Assembly (NCBI GenBank): GCA_046542505.1
Contig: JBKHBH010000074.1
Coordinates: forward strand, 1-10,920
Length of the DNA: 10,920 bases
Reading direction: 5' to 3'
Origin: Thermovirgaceae bacterium
Lineage (GTDB): Bacteria; Synergistota; Synergistia; Synergistales; Thermovirgaceae
Position numbers and translations under genes: made by a program
The notes under the pieces: model-generated
Told to the model about the DNA's origin: nothing
The model's database searches: none
What the model saw: only the letters and a program-made list of their open reading frames with translations
Shown: piece by piece, positions 1-6,688 of the stretch
How the letters are laid out: every line of letters begins with the position of its first letter
How positions within the stretch are numbered: the first letter of the stretch is position 1

Positions 1-60
1 GTCGCCGTCCTCGAAGCGCAGTGCGGCGATTTGTCCCTTTCTCGAAAAATGAACAGTCAT
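1..60 (-). CDS. 5' end of a divergent gene running off the left edge; possibly a PPC-domain (DUF296) protein
   Basis: Reverse complement reads ATG at 60-58, giving MTVHFSRKGQIAALRFEDGD, open to the window edge. A strong Shine-Dalgarno GGAGGTG lies at 73-67 on the minus strand. 'G.I..LRFEDGD' resembles the N-terminal 'G...vlRl..GeD' pattern of DUF296 proteins. Only 20 aa are visible, so the product is tentative. Not in the ORF track. Confidence 0.55.
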   Translation of the reverse strand, partial: MTVHFSRKGQIAALRFEDGD

Positions 61-127
61 GCCGTTCACCTCCAGATCTTCCGGAGAGCATTTTCGGAGG
101 GTTTTCCGTGCGTAGAACTCTCCGGAA

Positions 128-136
128 TGCTATTAT
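128..136 (+). promoter_or_regulatory. Putative extended -10 promoter (TG-n-TATTAT) for the rsmG-parAB operon
   Basis: TGCTATTAT at 128-136, about 30 nt upstream of the rsmG start, in the divergent intergenic region. No good -35 is seen. Confidence 0.4.
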
Positions 137-166
137 ACCGTTGATACAAGGTAAAACGGGAGGGCG

Positions 167-871
167 GTGGCAGGTATTTCCTCACAGGGGCATATTTCTT
201 TCGATGAAATCGCCGACGATCTCGCCGCACACCGCGATGGCCTTGACGTTTATGCCCGCACGCTCGCCTTCCTGAACCGTTCCGCGAGACTGACGGGGCC
301 GAGAAATCCCGATGCCATCTGGAAAGAGCATATTCTGGACTGCGCCTTTTCCCTGCCCTTCGCCCCTGAAATCGGCCGTGCCGTAGACGTGGGAAGCGGC
401 GGGGGGCTCCCCGGAGTCGTCTGGGCGGTGTGCCGCCCCCACCTGACGGTGGTCCTTCTGGAAAGTGTCAGGAAAAAGTGCAGTGCCCTGGACGAGATCG
501 TGCGCGTCCTCGGGCTGGGAAATGTGATCGTCGAATGCGCGCGGTCCGAGCAGTTTGCGACCCGAAGCCGCGAGAGCTTCACCGTTGCCGTGAGCCGGGC
601 CGTAGGGCATCTGGGAGTCGTCGCCGAATATATGTCCCCCCTGGTCGCACCGGGCGGGCGGCTCTTGTGCTTCAAGGGACCGAAGGTTCGCGACGAAATC
701 GGGGAAATCGGGGCGCAATGGGAGGTGCTGGGACTGGACACACCGGTGTTGCGCCCATACGGCCACGGCGGCAGGGACCTGTTCCTTGCCCTGTGGAAAA
801 AAACGGGACACTGTCCGGACCGGTTTCCTCGAAGGCCCGGCCGGGCCCAGAAACAGCATTGGTGGAGGTGA
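167..871 (+). CDS. rsmG: 16S rRNA (guanine(527)-N7)-methyltransferase RsmG (GidB)
   Basis: Motifs 'N...LT', 'HILD', SAM-binding 'DVGSGGGLPG', 'LLES..KK', 'SRAV', 'KG', and C-terminal 'FPRRPG.A.K'. Lies directly upstream of parAB. GTG start with a close GGAGG; the exact start is slightly uncertain. Confidence 0.95.
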   Translation: MAGISSQGHISFDEIADDLAAHRDGLDVYARTLAFLNRSARLTGPRNPDAIWKEHILDCAFSLPFAPEIGRAVDVGSGGGLPGVVWAVCRPHLTVVLLESVRKKCSALDEIVRVLGLGNVIVECARSEQFATRSRESFTVAVSRAVGHLGVVAEYMSPLVAPGGRLLCFKGPKVRDEIGEIGAQWEVLGLDTPVLRPYGHGGRDLFLALWKKTGHCPDRFPRRPGRAQKQHWWR

Positions 872-877
872 CCCCTG

Positions 878-1648
878 TTGAAGACCGTCGCTGTCGCGAA
901 CCAGAAAGGAGGCGTCGGCAAGACGACTTGTTGCGTCAATCTTGCCGCCGAGCTCGGAAGACGGGGCTGGAAGGTTCTGCTCATGGATATCGACCCCCAG
1001 GGAAACAGCACTTGCGCCATGGGTGTGGACGCCAAGAGCCTGAAAAAGAACATGTACCACCTGATCCTCGACAAGGCGAAACCTCCCGATGTGATTCTTG
1101 AAACCCCCTGGGAAGGCGTCTGGCTGCTTCCAGCGACGCTGGATTTGGCCGGAGCCGAGGTGGAGCTCGCAGGCGTCATGAGCCGGGAAACGCGGCTTGC
1201 CAGGCACAGAAACGCCTTCAGGGATTTTGATATCGGCTTTATTGATTGTCCCCCGTCCCTCGGGCTTTTGACGGTGAATGCCCTTGTCGCGGCGGACAGC
1301 CTGCTAGTTCCCATCCAGTGCGAGTACTTCGCCCTGGAGGGCGTGGGGCAGCTCATGCGGACGGTGACCCTTGTGCGGCGGTACCTCAATGAGGAGATCG
1401 AACTCGACGGCGTGGTGCTCACCATGTTCGATTCCCGGACGAATCTTGCCAGAGAGGTCGCTGAAGAAGTACGAAGCCAGTTCAAAAAGGCCCTTTTCGA
1501 AACCATCATCCCGAGGAACATCAGGCTTTCCGAGGCACCGAGCTTCGGCAAGCCCATCTACTATTACGACGCCTCCAGTGCGGGGGCAAAAGCTTTCGGA
1601 AACCTGGCAGAGGAGGTCGTCCGACGATGGCTCGGAAAAAGGCGCTAG
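878..1648 (+). CDS. parA: Chromosome partitioning ATPase ParA/Soj
   Basis: Deviant Walker A 'NQKGGVGKTT', 'DIDPQGN', Walker B 'IDCPPSLG', 'PIQCEYFALEG', 'IPRNIRLSEAPSFG'. TTG start preceded by GGAGGTG (865-871). Confidence 0.97.
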   Translation: MKTVAVANQKGGVGKTTCCVNLAAELGRRGWKVLLMDIDPQGNSTCAMGVDAKSLKKNMYHLILDKAKPPDVILETPWEGVWLLPATLDLAGAEVELAGVMSRETRLARHRNAFRDFDIGFIDCPPSLGLLTVNALVAADSLLVPIQCEYFALEGVGQLMRTVTLVRRYLNEEIELDGVVLTMFDSRTNLAREVAEEVRSQFKKALFETIIPRNIRLSEAPSFGKPIYYYDASSAGAKAFGNLAEEVVRRWLGKRR

Positions 1649-2511
1649 GGCGGGGGCTGGGAGCCCTTATCCCGGGAGGTAACGGGGACGGCGGACAGCC
1701 TTCCGGGGATGGCGGAGTGCGGGAAGTGGCCATTTCCAGTCTTTCCCCGAGCCCCTTTCAGCCGCGGAAGACCTTCGACAGCACAGCGCTAAACTCCCTG
1801 GCCGATTCCATCAAGGAGCATGGTGTCGTCCAGCCTGTCCTGGCGAGGGCGTCGGACGGCCGTTATGAGATTGTCGCCGGGGAGCGGCGCTGGCGAGCAG
1901 CGGAATTGGCAGGGCTCGAAAAAATACCCGTCAAGGTTATTGAGGCCGACGATCACGCAGTCATGGAGATTTCCCTCGTGGAAAACCTCCAGCGTGAAGA
2001 TCTTTCGCCCCTGGAGGCCGCCTGGGGAATCGAGGAACTCATCTCCCGCTTTTCGCTCACCCAGGAACAAGCCGCGAAACGGATCGGGTGGAGCCGGGTG
2101 GCGGTGACGAACACTCTCAGGCTGCTCCAGCTGCCCGAGGCGGTGCTCGGCATGCTTCACGCGGGGGATCTTTCAGAGGGTCACGCCAGGGTCCTTCTGG
2201 CCCTGAAGAAGGAAGAGGACCGCCTTCACCTGGCCCGACTCGCCGTGGACAAGGGGCTGACCGTGCGCGAACTCGAACAGGCCGTGCGAAGGGTTGCCGA
2301 AGGAGCGACAATGGGGAAAAAGCGGAAAACATCCACGATGAGGTTGCCCGAACCCGCCAGGCGGTTCAGTGAACAATGGGGTGTTTCGGTGAAACTCTCG
2401 GGAAATCCTTCGAAGCTCCGGGTCGTCCTCGAGGGATTGAATGAGAAGCAGGCCCGGGAACTGTTCGAGCTTTTAGAAGATCAGGGGGAACGGCTTTTCC
2501 CCGGTGAATGA
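1627..2511 (+). CDS. parB: Chromosome partitioning protein ParB/Spo0J
   Basis: N-terminal ParA-activating 'KKALGRGLGALI', 'QPRK.F', CTP-binding 'AGERRWRA', 'ENLQREDL', HTH 'LTQEQAAKRIGWSRVAVTNTLRLL', 'SEGHAR.LL'. Overlaps parA by 22 nt. Confidence 0.97.
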   Translation: MARKKALGRGLGALIPGGNGDGGQPSGDGGVREVAISSLSPSPFQPRKTFDSTALNSLADSIKEHGVVQPVLARASDGRYEIVAGERRWRAAELAGLEKIPVKVIEADDHAVMEISLVENLQREDLSPLEAAWGIEELISRFSLTQEQAAKRIGWSRVAVTNTLRLLQLPEAVLGMLHAGDLSEGHARVLLALKKEEDRLHLARLAVDKGLTVRELEQAVRRVAEGATMGKKRKTSTMRLPEPARRFSEQWGVSVKLSGNPSKLRVVLEGLNEKQARELFELLEDQGERLFPGE

Positions 2512-2558
2512 CACTCCATGCGGTACAGGATTCGGGTTGATGCGGCAAACGGAGGATT

Positions 2559-2783
2559 GTGAGACCTTTGAAAAAACCCTATGAAGATTTACTGGCTTTC
2601 GGGAAAGTCATCTCGGCGGCGCTCCTCTTATGTGGCACCATCCTTATAGGACTTAAGTTGGGGAAAATGCTGGAAAACGCAGGGTGGCCCGGATGGATTG
2701 TTCCCCTTTCGATCCTGCTGGGGGGAGCCGTCGGGGCCTGGCAGGCATGGCTTTTCCTTCGCCAAAGCTGGAGAAAAGGCTGA
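2559..2783 (+). CDS. Small two-TM membrane protein, AtpZ/AtpI (ATPase gene-1)-like
   Basis: 74 aa with GGAGGA SD at 2551-2556 (GTG 2559 or in-frame TTG 2568 as start). Two hydrophobic helices separated by 'G..LG..LE..G.P.W', followed by 'ILLG...G' and a basic C-terminus, which is the AtpZ/AtpI pattern. Confidence 0.6.
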   Translation: MRPLKKPYEDLLAFGKVISAALLLCGTILIGLKLGKMLENAGWPGWIVPLSILLGGAVGAWQAWLFLRQSWRKG

Positions 2784-2812
2784 AAGCACGCAAAGAAAAG
2801 GGGATGCCTTTC

Positions 2813-3301
2813 ATGGAACATCTTTTCGCGCCCTGGCGCATGGCCTATATCGCAGGCGCCGACAGGCAGCAGGGTTGCATCTTCTGTGATTTTCCCGAAG
2901 AAAACAACGACGAGAAGCGTCTGATTCTGGCTCGAAGGGAAAAGGTATTCGTCATGTTCAATGTCTATCCCTACAACCCCGGTCACCTCATGGTCGCCCC
3001 CTACCGCCACGTGGGCGAATACGATGAGCTCGACGACACCGAGCTTCTCGAGATGCACACCACGGCCCGGCAGTGCCTCCGGCTTTTGAAGGACCTCATG
3101 AAGCCCCAGGGCTTCAACATGGGCGTCAACATGGGAAAAACCGCCGGGGCTGGGTTCGCCGGCCATGTCCACCTTCATATCGTCCCCCGTTTCGAGGGAG
3201 ATACCAACTTCATGCCCGTCACGGCGGACGTCAGGGTCCTGCCTGAATCCCTGGAAGATACGTACAGGAGGTTCCGGGAAGCCTGGGATCGTTATGAATG
3301 A
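2813..3301 (+). CDS. HIT-family nucleotide hydrolase/phosphorylase (Ap4A phosphorylase/Fhit-like)
   Basis: 'LFAPWRMAYI', 'CIFC', 'N.YPYNPGHLMVAPYRH', 'GFNMGVNMG..AGAG', histidine triad 'HVHLHIVPR', 'GDTNFMP'. Start moved to ATG 2813, downstream of AAAGGGGA. The track's start at 2684 overlaps the previous gene. Confidence 0.93.
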   Translation: MEHLFAPWRMAYIAGADRQQGCIFCDFPEENNDEKRLILARREKVFVMFNVYPYNPGHLMVAPYRHVGEYDELDDTELLEMHTTARQCLRLLKDLMKPQGFNMGVNMGKTAGAGFAGHVHLHIVPRFEGDTNFMPVTADVRVLPESLEDTYRRFREAWDRYE

Positions 3302-3923
3302 CGAAGATCTCATCACGGAACCGGCAGGCAAAGTCACAGCTGAGTTGAAGGAGCGCCGTTCCCGGTTCATCGCCTCGCTGGCCGTTGCCGGAACCGAGGA
3401 GGCGGCAAAAGAGTTCATCCGCTCTGTAAGCCAAAAGCACTCCCAGGCCAACCACAATTGCTGGGCTTACCGTGTCGGCTCGCAGAAAGCTACGGAATAT
3501 TTCTCCGATGACGGAGAACCTGCCGGAACAGCCGGCAAGCCAATCTTGGGGGCCATCCAGCGTGTTGGCCTCACCAACACGGTCATCGTGATCACCCGGT
3601 ATTTCGGAGGAGTCAAGCTCGGTGTGCGGGGACTCATCGAGGCCTATGGGAAATGCGCATCCCTGGCCGTAGAGAAGGCGGGAACGACGAAAAAACGTCT
3701 CGCCCGGATGGCGCGCATCATGACATCCTACGAACACCAGAACACAGTGCTGGCAATGCTCAAGGAAGTCGAGGTAGAGGGTGGATCCGTCGCTGCCGAA
3801 TACGGAGCGGAAGTGACCCTTGATGTTCCCGTTCCGCTGTCTTTTGCGTCACAGGCCGAGGAACTTTTCGGCGGCTTTCTGGGCCGTGGACTTATCGCTT
3901 CCTGGCGATGGGAAGATGCATAG
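3294..3923 (+). CDS. YigZ/IMPACT family protein
   Basis: 'SRFIA', 'ANHNCWAYR', 'SDDGEPAGTAGKPIL', 'VITRYFGGVKLG.RGLI.AY'. ATG 3294 overlaps the HIT stop (ATGAATGA), suggesting translational coupling. Confidence 0.93.
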   Translation: MNDEDLITEPAGKVTAELKERRSRFIASLAVAGTEEAAKEFIRSVSQKHSQANHNCWAYRVGSQKATEYFSDDGEPAGTAGKPILGAIQRVGLTNTVIVITRYFGGVKLGVRGLIEAYGKCASLAVEKAGTTKKRLARMARIMTSYEHQNTVLAMLKEVEVEGGSVAAEYGAEVTLDVPVPLSFASQAEELFGGFLGRGLIASWRWEDA

Positions 3924-4038
3924 ATCTCCTGGGTGAGACCCCAAAAGGGTACCCACAAGGGAAAGTGGAAAGCCCGGCGAAAAAAATCCTCGGGTGTTTC
4001 TGAAATGAAAACATGTGTAAAACAGGACATAACGCAAC

Positions 4039-4077
4039 AGGGTGGGAGAGCTTTTTGGATCTCCGCCCTTATTTTTT
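4039..4077 (+). terminator. Probable intrinsic terminator ending the rsmG...yigZ-like operon
   Basis: AGGGTGGGAGA (4039-4049) pairs with TCTCCGCCCT (4060-4069), with one bulge and one G-U pair, followed by TATTTTTT. Confidence 0.6.
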
Positions 4078-4081
4078 GCCG

Positions 4082-4109
4082 TTGTCCAGAAGAGGCAAAA
4101 GAGTATAAT
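4082..4109 (+). promoter_or_regulatory. Sigma70-type promoter of bioY
   Basis: Perfect TATAAT at 4104-4109, with TTGTCC at 4082-4087 (16-nt spacer). Lies immediately after the terminator and before the operator and RBS. Confidence 0.6.
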
Positions 4110-4118
4110 CGTGACATG

Positions 4119-4151
4119 AATGTCAACCAGATATTTAAATAGGGTGACAAA
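4119..4151. promoter_or_regulatory. BirA (biotin repressor)-type operator
   Basis: aa-TGTCAAC (4121-4127)-N15-GGTGACA (4143-4149)-aa. This matches the known BirA consensus wwTGTtAAC-N14-16-GTTaACAww with small deviations, and sits between the -10 box and the AGGAGG RBS of bioY. Confidence 0.8.
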
Positions 4152-4174
4152 AAGGCAAAACAGGAGGACAGGGT

Positions 4175-4732
4175 ATGAAAATTCCCGTGAAAACCATGAC
4201 ATTTGCCGCTCTTTTCGCCGTCCTGACCGCCGTGGGCGCCTACATCCGCATTCCCTTTCCGCTGGTTCCCATGACGCTTCAGACCCTTTTCGTCTTCATG
4301 TCGGGGGCCCTGCTCGGATCACGGGGAGGCGCCCTCTCGCAGATTCTCTATGTGGGGATGGGGTTTGTGGGGCTGCCCGTTTTCGCCGGTGGGGGAGGAC
4401 CCCAATACCTGCTTCATCCGACTATCGGCTTTATCCTGGGGTTTATCGCCGGAGCCTGGGTCATCGGGCGAGCTATCGACGCCTTCGATCGGGTTTCATT
4501 CTTCACGTGTCTTATGGCCTGTTTTATGGGCATCGCCGTGATCTATTCCATGGGTGCGGCGGGCCTGTACTTCAACCTGAACGTGGTGGCCGGAAAAGCC
4601 ACGTCCTTTCGGACCGTCCTCGAAATCGGGATCATCCCCTTTATTACAGCGGACGGAGTCAAGGCCGTCGCCGTGGCCGCCGTGGCGGCCAGGATCGCCC
4701 CGAGACTGAGGCATCTCAAGGCAAAGAGATGA
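4175..4732 (+). CDS. bioY: Biotin transporter BioY (ECF S component)
   Basis: 'ALFAVLTAVGAYIRIP...VPMTLQTL', 'G.LLG...GALSQ..Y...G..GLPVFAGG.G', 'PT.GF..GF', 'PF...D.VK'. AGGAGGA RBS and upstream BirA box. Confidence 0.95.
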   Translation: MKIPVKTMTFAALFAVLTAVGAYIRIPFPLVPMTLQTLFVFMSGALLGSRGGALSQILYVGMGFVGLPVFAGGGGPQYLLHPTIGFILGFIAGAWVIGRAIDAFDRVSFFTCLMACFMGIAVIYSMGAAGLYFNLNVVAGKATSFRTVLEIGIIPFITADGVKAVAVAAVAARIAPRLRHLKAKR

Positions 4733-4742
4733 CCTTTCCGGT

Positions 4743-4780
4743 GGTCAAAAAGTGTCCATAGAGGCTGACTTATTTTGACC
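4743..4780. repeat. Inverted repeat between bioY and the EamA gene
   Basis: GGTCAAAA (4743-4750) and TTTTGACC (4773-4780) are perfect 8-bp arms, extendable inward by AGT/ACT across a bulge. Confidence 0.5.
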
Positions 4781-4857
4781 TAATATCGGAGCCCGCGGGG
4801 CCGTCACTGTTTTGGCGTACAATGAAGAGCGAAAACTTTCCCGCTGGAGGTCCCGCA

Positions 4858-5748
4858 GTGAACTGGAGAACAGCCGGGAAAAAACCGGAAGACACCGAAA
4901 CGGCGGCCTGGGGAGCGCTTTTCGCCCTGTATGCCCTCTGGGGTTCCGTCTTTCTCGCGAACCACTTTTCCCTCGAAAGCTTTCCGCCCTTTCTGCTCAA
5001 CGCTGTCCGCTTTCTGGGGGGCGGGGGGATCCTCTATGTGATTTTGAGATCGAGAGGTGTCCAAAACGCACCGCCGAAGGTCTGGGGAGGGTCGGCCCTT
5101 GTGGGGGGGCTCCTTTTCGTCGGAGGGGCCGGTTCGCTCACCGTTGGCCAGCAATGGGTGGCATCCGGTCTTGCGGCAACGCTCATTGCCACGGTGCCAT
5201 TGTGGACGGTGCTTTTTGTCGGGATCTGGGAGCGGCTGCCCAACAGGCTCGAGTGGGCGGGACTGGTCATAGGAATTTTCGGCGTGGCCCTTTTGAACCT
5301 CGAAAAGGGCATCAGCGGGAACCCTTTGGGGGCGCTCTGGATCCTTGGAGCTGCGGCAAGCTGGGGACTCGGGTCGGCCTTGAGCCGCCGGATGACCTGG
5401 CTTGACGGCTCCATGGCTACGGCGGCCCAGATGATCTCCGGCGGGGCGATGCTGCTTCTGCTTTCTCTTGTGACGGGGGAGCGGATTGGACCGCTGACGC
5501 CGAAAGCCGCTTCCGGCATGGTCCACCTCGTCGTCTTTGCCTCCGTCATCGGCATGTCCATCTACCGGTGGCTTCTGCGGAATGTCCGCCCTGCGCTGGC
5601 CACGAGTTACACCCTGGCGAACCCCATCATCGCCACCTTCCTGGGAGTACTTTTTGCCGGGGAACATGTCTCGGCCATCGCCCTGGCCGCCATGGCCGTC
5701 ATCCTCTGCGGCGTCGCCCTGGTGTTTCATGGCCGGGAAAGACATTGA
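4858..5748 (+). CDS. EamA/DMT-family 10-TM transporter, YedA-like
   Basis: Two EamA repeats. Motifs 'GALFALY..WGS', 'ES.PP.L...VRFL..G', 'ATVPLW', 'GNPLGA', 'L.RNV.PALATSY...NP' resemble E. coli YedA. GTG 4858 follows GGAGGT (4846-4851) and is preferred over ATG 4822, which has no RBS. Confidence 0.9.
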   Translation: MNWRTAGKKPEDTETAAWGALFALYALWGSVFLANHFSLESFPPFLLNAVRFLGGGGILYVILRSRGVQNAPPKVWGGSALVGGLLFVGGAGSLTVGQQWVASGLAATLIATVPLWTVLFVGIWERLPNRLEWAGLVIGIFGVALLNLEKGISGNPLGALWILGAAASWGLGSALSRRMTWLDGSMATAAQMISGGAMLLLLSLVTGERIGPLTPKAASGMVHLVVFASVIGMSIYRWLLRNVRPALATSYTLANPIIATFLGVLFAGEHVSAIALAAMAVILCGVALVFHGRERH

Positions 5749-5749
5749 A

Positions 5750-5786
5750 CCCGGGGGTCGGATCTTCGATTTCGGGATTTTTCTTT
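5750..5786 (+). terminator. Probable intrinsic terminator after the EamA gene
   Basis: CCCGGGGGTCGG pairs with TCGATTTCGGG (several G-U pairs), followed by ATTTTTCTTT, directly after the stop codon. Confidence 0.5.
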
Positions 5787-5930
5787 AGTCTCCGACCGCT
5801 TCTACATCCCTTTGCAAGGTGTTCCGGATCGTTAATCCAACGGGCTTGACGGTTTTTTCCGGCCAGGGGTGTTCCGCTCTCTTTTTTCCCCGCGTCAACG
5901 TGATACACTTTCCCTGGAGGTGACTGGTTC

Positions 5931-6647
5931 ATGGAAATAACGGAACGCATCGCCGCCCATCTTCTGAAAAAAGACGTCGTTGTGCTGACCGGTGCCGGAA
6001 TGAGCACGGCCTCCGGCCTGCCTGATTTCCGGGGCGACCAGGGCCTGTGGAAAAACCGTGATCCCAGACGACTTGCCTCCATTGCCGCCATGGAAAACAG
6101 TCCCGAGGATTTCTACGAGTTCTACCGCATGCGCATCAGAGCGCTTCTGGAGGTCCGGCCCAACAGGGGACATGGGATACTCGCCTGGTGGGAGCAGGAA
6201 GGGTACCTCAAGGGCATCATCACCCAGAACGTGGATCAGCTTCACCAGGAGGCGGGATCCATGAAGGTCTGGGAACTTCATGGAACGCTCCGCGAGATCC
6301 GGTGTTCACGGTGCCGGAAGCGATACGGAAGCGGAATGCTCCTGGAGCGGACCGACTGCCCCGAGTGCGGTGGCCCCTTGCGCCCCAACGTGGTGCTCTT
6401 CGGCGAGTATCTCCCCGAAGAGGCCCTCCAAAAGGCGGAGGAACTGGCCACATCCTGCGGGTGCTTCCTCGTGCTGGGATCATCCCTGGAGGTTTCACCG
6501 GCCAACTGGTATCCTTCCCTGGCGAAACAAACCGGTGCCGAACTTTATATCATCAACAAGACACCCACGCCTGTCGACAACGGTGCCAACGGTGTCATTC
6601 ACGGTGACATCATAGAGACTCTTGAAGAGATCAATGCCTGCATGTGA
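5931..6647 (+). CDS. cobB: NAD-dependent protein deacylase (sirtuin, Sir2/CobB family)
   Basis: 'TGAGMSTASGLPDFRG..GLW', 'PN.GH', 'ITQNVDQLHQEAG', catalytic 'ELHG', zinc motifs CSRC/CPEC, 'LRPNVVLFGE', 'GSSL.VSPA', 'IIN'. GGAGGTG RBS at 5916-5922. Confidence 0.95.
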   Translation: MEITERIAAHLLKKDVVVLTGAGMSTASGLPDFRGDQGLWKNRDPRRLASIAAMENSPEDFYEFYRMRIRALLEVRPNRGHGILAWWEQEGYLKGIITQNVDQLHQEAGSMKVWELHGTLREIRCSRCRKRYGSGMLLERTDCPECGGPLRPNVVLFGEYLPEEALQKAEELATSCGCFLVLGSSLEVSPANWYPSLAKQTGAELYIINKTPTPVDNGANGVIHGDIIETLEEINACM

Positions 6648-6688
6648 CGACAAAAGGTAAAAAGCTTTCCTGAGTGAGGTATATCTCC

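Noticed and set aside
182..1557. Long minus-strand ORFs (341 aa and 435 aa) opposite rsmG/parA, and similar shadow ORFs opposite the HIT, EamA and sirtuin genes
   Set aside because: Antisense shadows of well-supported GC-rich genes; no recognisable motifs.
2684..2812. N-terminal extension of the HIT ORF given by the track (similarly 3165-3293 for the yigZ-like gene and 4822-4857 for the EamA gene)
   Set aside because: These overlap upstream genes or lack an RBS. Family similarity and SD or coupling signals point to starts at 2813, 3294 and 4858.
3928..3977. Hammerhead ribozyme or purine riboswitch reading of the three-way junction
   Set aside because: No CUGANGA core, and none of the conserved purine-riboswitch joining sequences.
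3933..4142. 69-aa plus-strand ORF in the yigZ-bioY intergenic region
   Set aside because: No RBS, and it runs through a terminator, a promoter and the BirA operator.
5892..5907. parS-like sequence GCGTCAACGTGATACA upstream of the sirtuin
   Set aside because: Only the right half resembles parS. It is equally explained as an extended -10 (TG-A-TACACT).
5931..6647. Sirtuin as an anti-phage SIR2 effector (Thoeris/DSR/pAgo-associated)
   Set aside because: It is a compact zinc-binding housekeeping-type deacylase with no fused domains or defence partners nearby.
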